Below, piece after piece: positions 13,681 to 25,750 of a DNA stretch of 64,000 nucleotides (positions are counted from its first letter, which is position 1; each line of letters begins with the position of its first letter). The notes beneath the pieces are model-generated. The model saw only the letters and a list, made by a program, of their open reading frames with translations. It was not told the DNA's origin and ran no database searches. Origin of the DNA: Trichoplax adhaerens (Eukaryota; Animalia; Placozoa); the NCBI RefSeq assembly GCF_000150275.1, contig NW_002060958.1:402374-466373 (forward strand). Direction: 5' to 3'. Position numbers and translations under genes: made by a program.

Positions 13681-14159
13681 GATATACAGTTCTACACTAA
13701 ATACTATCGCTGTATTGCCTACACAAAACTACTGCAATTGGCTAAAATCACTACAATCACTGACCTAATTATTATTTCACTACATAGCAAAACTATAAAA
13801 CAAACGACAGAAATTATCATAGAACACAGATGAAATACATTACCCAGAATATAGTGTAGAATGTAATATTATTATCATACAATTATCATGTTAAGTAGTT
13901 AGATTGCAATCACAAGATGTGCAAATCACAGTAATAGTAAAATATGCAGATCAAGAATAGTCATAATTCAGCAAGTACTAATGATGTAATATTCTATAAT
14001 TCCGCAATGTATCGCAGTTACAGTAGGCAAGATCTTAGCACTATAGCAGCTTACCAGAAAGTATGTTATCAACTACATTAGAGTGTAATGATTCAATATC
14101 TTTCGCGATTATAATATGATGAGATTTCTTATCAAAATTCTTTACATATTAGTTAATGG

Positions 14160-17100
14160 CTATGCAATAGGATCAGTAGCAAATTTATCTACCAGAGGCT
14201 CACGTTCTCCTTTAATTCCTACGCGTTCAGCAATTGCACTATTTTCACTTGAGTTAGAAGTACGTATAAAAATATTTTTAATTGCTTGAAAAATAAGTCG
14301 AAATTGGATTTCTCCTTTATATATAAGTGAATTTGCTTGATTAGACTGATTTTCATGAATGGAAATTTCTTCTTCTACACCGTCCTTATAGGCATCATCA
14401 ATAGTTTGGACATTATGAATCTCAGCTGCTGAATGACCAGTATTTAATTGAAATGCACTATCCGTTGCTATTTCTGTTGACGGACTGTTAATTGATTGGG
14501 TTATATCACTATTAGCTTCTGTTGTGATAACAGATTGATTTCCGCTACTAACTGTGCTTCCTACTGATCGATTACTATTTGAATCTACTTCAGGTATATA
14601 AAATTTTATAGTCTTATTTTTTCTATGGTAATGTTCAAAAGTTGCTCTAAACGACTGAAGGATGGGCTGAAAATAAATACCTCTTTCTAAAAATAATCGA
14701 TAGCCTCGTCTATATTGAATAATATTAGCAATCAGTATTCTATCAATAGTTTCTTCATCTATTTCTGTTGCCACTAAGTAATTCATTGATAGAATAGTTG
14801 CTAAGTAAATATTCGGTACATGTGCGAGTGCAGAATTTAATGATGAAAATAATTGCGTTCGGTAATCTAGTAATATTGTCAGAACAAATATGAAAAGTAG
14901 ACCTGATGCAAGAATAATGCTAGATATTAATCGCCATAAACTTGATGATATCATTGGTACATAATATCTTAGGTATTGATACAGCTCAGATGGAATTGAT
15001 ATGAGCTTATGATGAGCTATATCATCGTGAATAAAGTAGACTTGTTTTGTCCATTTAATGAAATCTTGTGAGTTATTGATATTTAAATGATTTTCAATAC
15101 AATGTTTTACTTGTTGGAAACCTTGCGAATATGGGCAATTTTCACAGCCATTTGTACATTGTAATAAGCTTACTGTAGTCTGCTTTTGATTATCGTTGAC
15201 AGTCTTGATTTCATATTGTATAACAATTTTAGATATTCCATCAAAAATCTGATGATGAGGTTGATTTAATATCCACGAGATGTACTTTTTCAAATTTTTC
15301 ATGACTTTTGGGTCTTTCAACTTTGCTGGTACATCAATTTTGATCTCATCGTAACCATTGGCTAAATAAACTTCTAAAACACCTTTCTTAGCGTTTAACA
15401 GGGCATTCATTTCATCTTCAACTTTATCTTTCACCTTGATTATTCTTGTTGGAATCATGCTACAGTTTTTATTATAAGTTTTGATTAAATTTACAATATA
15501 ATGTATAAATGGAATTCCAATCACAACAGCGAGAGTAAAGTATGTTGAATATGTAATCACAAATGCTATAATGGAGACAATAATCCTAAATACAATTTGA
15601 AAGCTAATCCATAGCAGAGCTAGGTGCATGAACGAATAAAGATGACATAAAAATGAAAGATAAAAAGATAGTATACGATTAATAAAGGGCCACTTTCGGC
15701 TGTTTGGCATATAAATTTTTCTTAGTTTTAATGTTAATCTTTCTGACAGGAAGACTGCAGTACGAAAAGTACTGACTTGTGCAAAAAGGAAAAATGGAAA
15801 AGCAAATGTGAACGCTAAAATATTAAGGATGAATCCAGTAAGATTAAATAATCTTATGTGATGTATCGCGTCTGTAATATAAGTTATCATTAGTAAATAT
15901 GATTGGCGATAGCTTGTTCGTGTAAAATGTCGATGATGTTCTGTTTGGATATTATGATTGGCACCATAGCAAAACAATTTTAAATGAGCGACGACAATGG
16001 TTACTGTACTAATTATTAAGGGGACACCTACCGCTAGTACATATTTTTTTATGTTAAAGGGTATTTCAAGATGAGTCTTAGGAAAAATCATGAACATAAG
16101 AGGAAATTTTTGTATGAGGTATGATGCTGATGCAGTAGCAAAAGATACAATTGGAAGTAAGAGATATTTTAAGCTATCGACAATAGGCTTATAACGATAG
16201 CTGGATTCACTCTTATGGCGAATAGTATACCCTAAGTCTTGCAATGGTGAAGGATTCAATATGCGGACACGTATAGATCCGATTGTAGTATACCTAAGCA
16301 GGAATTAAGAGAATTAAATTTAAGTCAATAGATCTTGAAACTTTATTATGCACGTATACTAAAAATGAAGAAGATCACCGTAATAATCATTTAAACTTTT
16401 TAAAATGTCTACATTTATTATTTTTCATGCAAGAAACGAATGGTACTCGTACTTTTTAGAACAAGTAGTAAAATAAAATACTGGTTACTAGGCGATCTTT
16501 CGGTATACTAAAGTTTAAAAATTTCAGATACAGGTAGTATCTGTTACAGTTTACTTTGTGTATATAGCTACCTTACAGAATTATATTATAGTACATCCAG
16601 TCGTACAAAGATGATTTCCAGAAACAGTTACGATTAAGTCTATGCTTTACTAAAGATAAATGTACAATCTTCATTGACTTAAAATCATGATGACATTCTT
16701 GTATAAATTGGCAAATTCATTAAATAATAAAGTTAATTTGCAATCGGTGTAAACTTACTCGCCAAAAATTGCATACCTTAAAAAATGTATAAACATTATC
16801 AAAAGTCTTTACTTAATTTACCGTAGGCAGAATGTATGCTAGTGTATAATATGAAATAACGCAAAATCAATAATCTACTCCGAACTTGACATGATATTTG
16901 TTATCTTAGTCATTATTGATGAATTTGCCAAAAACGAAGCATATACTATAACCGTTACAATCATTCTAATCTCGTGAACATCTATCTTCACTATATTTCA
17001 TACGAGAAATGATTTAAATCTTTTGTAGAGTCAATGACAAAGTGTTGCAATAATATTATTTCGCTTAATTAACCTTATATAGAAGTATGCTAGTGTAATT

Positions 17101-17886
17101 TAATATAATTGCAGATTAATAGTTTGCACTAAATTTGACTTACAATATTTGACGATCCAAGTATTTATTGATGAATCTGTTCAAAGCCATTCCGCCTAGG
17201 TGGATACTTATTATAGTAGAAACCGCCTGCATTAGTGAGACATACCAATCAGCCCTCTCTTCTGTCAAACATTTATCAATATTAATATCTCCAGTCAATA
17301 AATCTTTATGACAGCATGAAAAGACAATTTTATCGCCAAGCCAACCATCATGTTTAGTATAATTTCTTCTGCAAATAGTTCCACAACTGTCGTTAGTACA
17401 GTTTTCCTTTAATCGAGTAAAATCAGTTAAGGCTGCAAAAGTAATATAACCCTTACAATAATCATCATGGAAGCGATGATAACAACCGGGAGATGATTCT
17501 TGGAAAGAAATTTTCAATTTCGATATGAAAACGGCGTAAAGACTAAATGTTAAAGCAATGTAATCGCTAGGCAAAGTAAATACACCTTTCCCGAGATTTT
17601 TCTTAATCCATGCGTAGAATATAGTCCTGCGAGTGCCAATATGAGTAGTTTTATTGCCTATGTACAGATCGAAGAAAATTGCTCGTATTGATTCCGTTTT
17701 AAGCATTTGTGTAAAATTGACGTGAGCCCGTGGTCCTTCCTTGATACTGAGTCGACATTGTAGCAAGCATGATGATAAATTGAGTTGTGAAGTTGCGATA
17801 GAATGTGGAAATACTAGCAAGATATAGATTATTAAGGGTAGGCAGTAGGATAGAGATCGATAACCAGTAGTTTTTGTGTTAATCAT
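14160..17886 (-). CDS. Orphan polytopic membrane protein, tandem paralog 3 (958 aa; coding exons 17886-17144 and 16293-14160)
   Basis: Donor TT|GTAAGT at 17144/17143; acceptor ttcctgcttag|G at 16294/16293 gives in-frame L-YTTIGSIRVRILNPSPLQDLGY. 743+2134=2877 nt. Confidence 0.9.
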
Positions 17887-18029
17887 GATGCCGATAAAAT
17901 TACTAGTAAGTTTTATAGAACGATCTTTTGCCTTCTTTCCATTTTAAGCTTATAATACTAAATAAAACTTAGCGCAAAATACAGTAGACGTGTTCTGGTT
18001 ATTTAGAGTTTTAATATGAATAAATTGGA

Positions 18030-18470
18030 TGTAAGAAATGAATGAGTACAAAGATTCTTTCACCCGCTACAAATTTTCTATTCGACTTCCTTTGGACATG
18101 GTAAAATCTTTAACAGAGGTTAAATTCGGTGAAAAGTGAATGAAATAAAATAAGTATAAATAACAAATGATTCCATTAAAAAATTAGTCAGCATGCACAC
18201 GCCAATAAAAGCGAAAATACCTCGATGTCGGCCTTATTTGACCAAAGCTACTAATGTGAAAATGTATACCGCACTACTCATATATAAGTAGTTGACGAGG
18301 GAAAGAGGTGCTCGATTAATTTTAACTGCCTCAGGCTAATGTTTTACCTGGGACATTCTATAAGTTAGGAAAATCTATAAAATACATTTAAAATAAATAA
18401 TATTGGACATTATCATTGTCAAGGTAATTACTTTTGGAGCACTTTCCCCGTAATTTTTTATTGTAAATGA
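18030..18470. repeat. 5' flank of paralog 3, homologous to the 5' flank of paralog 4 (about 25890-26310)
   Basis: Ordered shared blocks: agaaatgaatg, ttcggtgaaaa.tgaat, caataaaa, gttga.gaggg, agctaatgt/ggctaatgt. Confidence 0.65.
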
Positions 18471-19659
18471 TAGTTAAATATGGAAAGTAAATATCCTAGG
18501 ATGACAAAACTTATTACTCTTTGCTCGATTTCTCGTGAAACTGAAGCTCTAGTATTTAGCCTTCGCAAAATTTAGTCTTCTTTAGCCTTAATAATAATAT
18601 AGGGCAGAATCTTCGATAGATTTCGATTTAGATTGTTTAATAAGGAGAAGCCTCTGCAATATAGTGTAGATAAAAGGCGAAAAAAGGCTCTAGTACAGCA
18701 ACCACTCGTAATTTAGTTCATTGAATGAACAGACATAGTAAACAAAGAGGTGTTATAAAAATTAGACTCTGTAACTTATGCTATTGCGTTTTACCGTATC
18801 TAATAGCCAGAGCTATATCAATAAATGCTACATTATCGGTGTAATTTTGCAATCTAATTATCACCGTAATGCATTGATTGGACATTTATACTACTGTTTC
18901 GTAGGTAATTACACTTATCCTCAACATTGCATGACCGAAATTCACGATGAAATTCGGAAACTGTACCGCTATTGTCGATCTTATTAAGACACGGTCCACC
19001 ATTGGCCTAATACTGCTAATAGGCAACAATTGAAGACTACCAATTAAGGCCTTAAATACTTAGTATAAATTGTACAAGCAGTAGAGTGCATACCCGAGTA
19101 TTTCATCATTAGCCACTATTTTTTAAGCGATTTATTCTACCTAATCTACTGTATCATATAATTACAATGTCAAGGGTTATTAGTAATACTTCAACAAGCC
19201 TGCAAATCGTTGATAAACTTTCAACAACAGTTTGTAGAAGCGGTTGTTTTAAAAATTTCAGTCAATTTGCAAAATGTTTAATTTCGTAAATTGACGGTAA
19301 CTGTCGTTAAGCTGTGGCACTTACTCACATTTAAAATTAGACAAAATTTGTAAGCGAGTAAGTAAGATTTTATTAATACCTCATAGAAAAAGATCAAAAA
19401 TTTTACTGATAATTATATAATATACTATACATTCTGATGTTACCTCAAAATCGTTGGCGTTTAAATGTTTCAATAAAGAACATTTCCTATTATGTCGAAA
19501 AATCACCTTGATCAGAGTCACTAAAACTATCCAGTATCTTTACGATATTGTCAAGGTCGATTTCGACGTTTTTCGACTCATCATCACATGAGATTACATA
19601 CTAAACACTGCATGAATACACTAATTACACGTCCTTATAATATTATTTGATCTTTTAGT

Positions 19660-20012
19660 GTACGAGATCTTGACCCTAAGTTTGCAATGCGATAACTCAA
19701 AATTTGAGATGTTAAAATAGAGCAAGTCTACAACGTGTCATAAATAGTCAACACGGTATTAATGACTTTAAAAGTAATCTTTATAGCGCCTATCTGTCCA
19801 AGAAGAATTCCAATGACTTCTTCTCATAAGAATATTGGAAATCGGCTAATTAAATAAACTAGATAATCGACTTAGCCTATACAATAACAATTCCATCAGC
19901 TTGGATAAATTATAGTCAAATACTCTTCTACTGTACATTGAAGTCATCAATCAAATTTATTGCCTAATAACAGAATTTAATATGCCTATCAGCTACGACC
20001 TAATATAACACA
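19660..20012. repeat. Conserved downstream element, copy C (3' of paralog 4)
   Basis: Co-linear similarity to 13310-13680 and 7960-8200. Confidence 0.7.
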
Positions 20013-22018
20013 TAGTACACGTAGGAAAATTGAATTACGTTGAGCCCCGGGTTAAATAAGATAGGAGATTTGCGGTGTTAGAGGTAATCTATTAGGTGTT
20101 ATAGGCGTAGCGGATTATTAGTGGATAAAGCTAGGGATATTAGTCGTACGGTTAAGTGGGACTGCATGGCACCTCAAGAAGAGGCACCGGCACGTCTCAG
20201 TAAATGACGGATGACTGGCCCAAAGTAGGGGATGACAATCATACGTAGCTTGGGGTCTTGTATTTGCAAGAGCTATATTAAATGTTAATTAGAATAAGGA
20301 GTAGTATAGGAAAGTTAAAATAAGATATTTCTTCAACAATTTACTTTGCAGAAATCTGATTTTGCTTTAGTTTGATTGCGTCGTAGAACTACTCTAATAT
20401 AGAAGTAAGGTATTCTTATTAGTCATTTGTGTTTAAGAATAATTCCTTCCGCTGTACTTCTTATATTCTAGAACGATCATCTTGCACCTATCTCGTTAGT
20501 TAGTTCAGCTAGCTACATGATAAGCTCGCACGCTTTACTTATTCTACATTGCTATAGTTATTTGACCAGTAACGTTGTTGTACATACTGTAGCCTAACTC
20601 GGTTTTCTCTTCGGCATTAATTCCAATAAACTACTTCTCTGCTAATTTAACTCCAATAATCTATTGCAATCATGACGGATCGCAAGTCTTCCAAAATATT
20701 ACCAATCTTACATAATTTGATTCGGTTACTACGTAGTAAAGGATAAGTAACCCACTTAATTAATGTAAAAAATCTATTGAGATATTTATATTAAAATGCA
20801 GAGACATAAATAGATTATGTCAAGTGTAGAAGTACTGTGGGATTTATATTGTGAGGCTTTAATTAGAAACATGAATTATGAATAGATGGCACGATAGTAA
20901 ATTTAGATATAATCTGATGACTTAATTGGTAAGATATGATTACGCTGAAGGAACATCATTCCGTGACTTATAGAATATACATCGTGAATATTTCTTTAAT
21001 AATCTAGATAGCCTAGGGATAGTCTGATTGCACTAGATAGTCCTTGTAACTTCACTTTATTATATCTCGGCTTGTCTTACAATTCCTGTACAAGAAACTG
21101 TAGTTCTGTTTTTATATTTTCTTTCATTATACCGCCCATCATCAATAATTACTTTGTTAATATGTATTAACAGAATTTTTTTATATAAATTAAATAATTA
21201 AAAATAGTATGTTAGGCTGTTGGATATAGAATGGATTATTGTACGTCATACAGTGAAGCTTATTCTATTTTACTTGCACACTTTAAACACATTTTACTGC
21301 TATAATTGGCTGCAATATAATGGATATGAAATTATTATAATGAACACTTTGAATTCCAACTTAAGTTATATTTAGATATAAATACCAGTTTACTTTAAGT
21401 GTTAACAACAAACTTACATAATTACTTAGAAGAATTATAGAAGGGCCAAACTACTACTGTAATCAACCAAATTATTCAAAAAATGAGATTGCTGGAGATT
21501 TTAGGAATATCCTAACTTTTATCTCCTTATTTCATTACATTTCATTAATTTTTACTACTGAACTGTACTACTTTTTCATACAGTATGCTACGTAGAGCAG
21601 TTTGTAGTACCAAACAATCATCTTATTACTCTAAAGTATTTTAAATTAAATTAGCAATCAATCACATATAATAAGATAAATACTACTGTAGATTCCCGAA
21701 ATTACCAAATCAATAATAATCGTAATCTGTCTTAAATTTTGTTTTGCTATCATAATTGGAGCATGATTATAGAAATTAACTAAATATTTCACTTAAATTG
21801 CAATCAAAAATTGCATAATTCTTAACATAATGATGCTACTGGATATCGTTTAATTCTAAACCTAATACAATAGTCGGGTTCACAATATACAGACGATGAT
21901 GAAATTGTAATTTGTTAATGTTGTTCTCGAAAGTCTTTTATACTTCAACTACTCATGTCTTTCGATTTATGATCGAGTGAATTTTTTTGCCTAGATTCTA
22001 CACACATGAATTCATCTG

Positions 22019-25000
22019 CTATGCAATAGGATCCATAGTTGATCTATCGATCAGAAGTTCACTTTCCGTATTAATCTCTACATTTTCTACAATTCCATTT
22101 TCATTTCTGTTATTACTGCATGTAAAAGCATTCTTGATTGCTTGTAAAATAAGTCTAAATTGAATTTCTCCTTTCTTTATAAATAGATTTGCTTGACTAG
22201 ATTCATTTTCGTTATTTTCAATTCCCGCCGGGCCAATACTTGTATTAAATTGATTTCCATTCGTGATAACATTTTCTGACGATTGATTATTACTCGATAA
22301 TGTTTTACTAGTATATAGCCTTTCAGTCGTATTGATTTGGTTGTATCGTCCAAAAGTTACTCTAAAGAACTGAAGAATCGGCTGAAAATAAGCTCCTCTT
22401 TCGAAAAAGAATCGATAACCTCTTCTATATTGAATAATATTAGCAATCAATATTCTATCAACAGTTTCTTCATCAACTTCTGATACTTTAAAATAATTGA
22501 TCGAGAGAAGCATTACTACATAAATAACCGGAGTGTTAGCGATTGCGCTATTTAACGATGAATACGATTCTACTCTGTAATCTAGTAGTACTGTCAAAAT
22601 AAAGATGAAAAATATACCCAACACAAGAATAATATTGGATATTATTTGCCACAAGCTTAATGATACTGATGGCATATAATATCTTAGATATTCATATAGT
22701 TCTGACGGAATTGATATACGTTCATAATGAGCGATATCATCTTGGATAAAGTAAACTTGTTTTGTATACTTTAAAAAATCTTGACAGCTATTGCTATTTA
22801 GATAGGTTTCGATACAATACTTTACTCCTTCGAATTCTCGTAAGAATGGACAGCTTTTACAGCCACTTGTACATTGCAGTAGGCTTACTGTTGTTTGCTT
22901 TCGATCATCATCCATAATCTTGATTTCATATTGTATAACAATTTTGGATATTCCATCAATGATTTGATGATGAGGTTGATTTAATATCCATATAGCATAA
23001 ATTTCTAGTTTTTTCTTTACTTGCGGATCTTTCAGCATTTCTGGTACATCAATTCTGATCTCATCGTAATCATTGATTATAAACACTTCTAAAACAGCTT
23101 TCTCAGCATTTAATATTGAATTCATTCTATCTTCGACTACATCTCTTAATTGCATTATCTTTGTTGGTATTCTACTACAATTTTTGTTATAAACATTGAG
23201 AATCTGTATTAAGTAATGCATAAATGGAATTCCCATAACAATTATCGGAGAAAAGTATGCTGAATAGGCAACTACAAAAGCAATAATAGATATAATAATT
23301 CTAAATACAAGTTGAATTCCCATAAATAGTAGCATAATGTTAACACCTATATGGCAAAAACACAATGATGAAATACAAACGGATATGGCAGGATTAATAA
23401 ATCGCCATTTTGGATTATTTGATAGATAAGCTTCTTTCAGGTTTAGTGTTAATCTTTCCGATATAAAAAATATCACACGAAAAATACTAATTCGAATAGC
23501 AAGGAAAAAAGGCAAAATTCCTGCTAGCGATAAACAATTAAGAATAAATCCGGTAAGATTACGTAATCTCAAGTGGTATAGCGCAGCTTTAAGATAATTA
23601 GCGATTAGAAAATACGATTGTTGATAGCTGATTCGTGTAAGATACCGATGTTGGTTTGCTTTGACTTTACGACTAGCATCACTCCAGAATAATTTTAAAT
23701 GAGCAATGATAATTATTATTGTAGCAATTGAAAAGGGAACAGCCACTCTTAGAATTAAATGTATAGTTTTTGAGTGTATATTTAGTCCTTTAATTCTGGG
23801 ATAAATCATAAACATTAAAGGTAATGATTGTATAAAATATGACAATATTCCAGCAGCAACAGATACGATTGTAAATAAGAGATATTGTAAGCTTATGATG
23901 ATAGGTTTATAATGATAGCTAGGGTCGCTATTATAGCAAATAGCATACCCTAATTCTTGCAAAGGTAAGGGATTCAAGATATGGACAGGTATAGATCCGA
24001 TTGTAGTATACCTAAGCGTGAATTAAGAAAACTAAAGTCAATTAAGTTCCCATCAATAAATGTTAGCGCATTATACATTTAATTTTTAGTTAGAAATTAA
24101 AATAACGTTTATAATCGAAAAGATCATTATGAATGACTGCATTTGCTATAAATTGGTATAAGGAAAGAATGACCTTGGCGAGAATTTGGAAAATATAATA
24201 TTGTTTACTGAATAATGTCAAGTGAATTGAATTTCAAAAAAATTTTTACGATGTCGTACTTAGTGTTGCATCCATTTTAACAAAAATAGAATACCCATAT
24301 ACATGGAAGTATGATCTACTGAAACTCTTTTAATTCTGACTGCTCTTAACTAACAGTTAAAATATAACTTAAAATAACATAAATGAGCCCATAATTTTCC
24401 CATGCAAATATGAAAGTTGTAAAGTAATTATTTAGCTTGGCTATAACGTCGCTTGGTAACAAAATTTCAGGACTCTTACAATATTACTTTATATTATACA
24501 CATCTATAATTCATACGGAACTGTGGCTGTTGGACCAAGGCCAAACTAGTGATACATCCTTTAGTAAATAAAATAATTTTGTTTCGAAAAATGTAACACC
24601 AAATTTAGCTTTAGATTAAAGATTTGTACGTAATAATATAAGTTGTGGGCTTGATTGCAAGATTGTCCGAGAATTTATTTCTAGATGACATCTACGATAC
24701 GTAATTTAGCTTTTTTATAGCAGTGAATACGGTAAAAGCAATAGCTACCGTATTAATTGGTCATACGATAGTGAGTTGAATTTTGAGCTTACTACTCACT
24801 TGATTGGCAAGATTGGTAATTTTACTAAAAATCATAGTTACGTTTTATTATAATATTTTAAAGATGCCACATCATATTATATTATTCTACTTTAAACTTA
24901 ATGATACTATAACACTTTACTTTGCATTAAGCATATTACCGTGCTTTAGTTAAACTAGAGGTGAGCAAGCGTAATTAAAATATTTCAAAGATAACGTTCT

Positions 25001-25750
25001 ATACTAAACTTACATTATTTGCCTTTCCAAGTAATTATCGAAGACTTCATTTAAAGCTATTCCGCTTAGGTAAATACTCACTGCCAAAGTGAACACTTGC
25101 ATTAAAGGGACATACCAATTAACTGTATCTTCTTTTAGGCATTGTGCAATATTAACTTTCCCAGTTAGTAAATCTTTTTGACAACATGAAAAGTCAATTT
25201 TAGTAGTAACAGTGCCATCATGTTCACCATAAGATCTTTTGCAAATGGTTCCACAGTTATCGTTTGTACAATTTTGACTTAATCGAGTGAAATTTACTAA
25301 AGTTATAAATGTAACAACGTCCTTACATTCTTTAGGTATACGACGATAGCAGTCAGGTGGCGATTCTTGGAAATTGATTTTTAATGTCGATATGAAAATC
25401 TTATAAAGACTAAATGTTAAGGCAACATAATCACCAGGCAAAGTAAATACAGCTATTCCTAATTTTCTCTTGACCCATGCAAAGAATATAGGATTTTCAT
25501 AGCCTTTATTTTTATGAACAGGTTGGTTACCTACATAAAAATTAAAGAAGATTGCTTTTATTTCTTTAGTTTGAAGTATTTGGGTAAAATTAGCGTAAGC
25601 CTGTGGTTCATCCTTAACGTTGAGTTGACACCATGTACATAAATCGGCCTGTGCTTTTACGGTAGAAAATAGAGGCAATAGCAAGATATAGATTGCAAGC
25701 AGCATGCAATAGGGTATATGTCGATATCCAGATTTTATTAAGTTCATCAT
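22019..25750 (-). CDS. Orphan polytopic membrane protein, tandem paralog 4 (909 aa; coding exons 25750-25014 and 24011-22019)
   Basis: First ATG at 25750 (the track's 25795 start is a GTG). Donor AT|GTAAGT at 25014/25013; acceptor ttcacgcttag|G at 24012/24011 gives in-frame M-YTTIGSIPVHILNPLPLQELGY. 737+1993=2730 nt. Confidence 0.9.
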
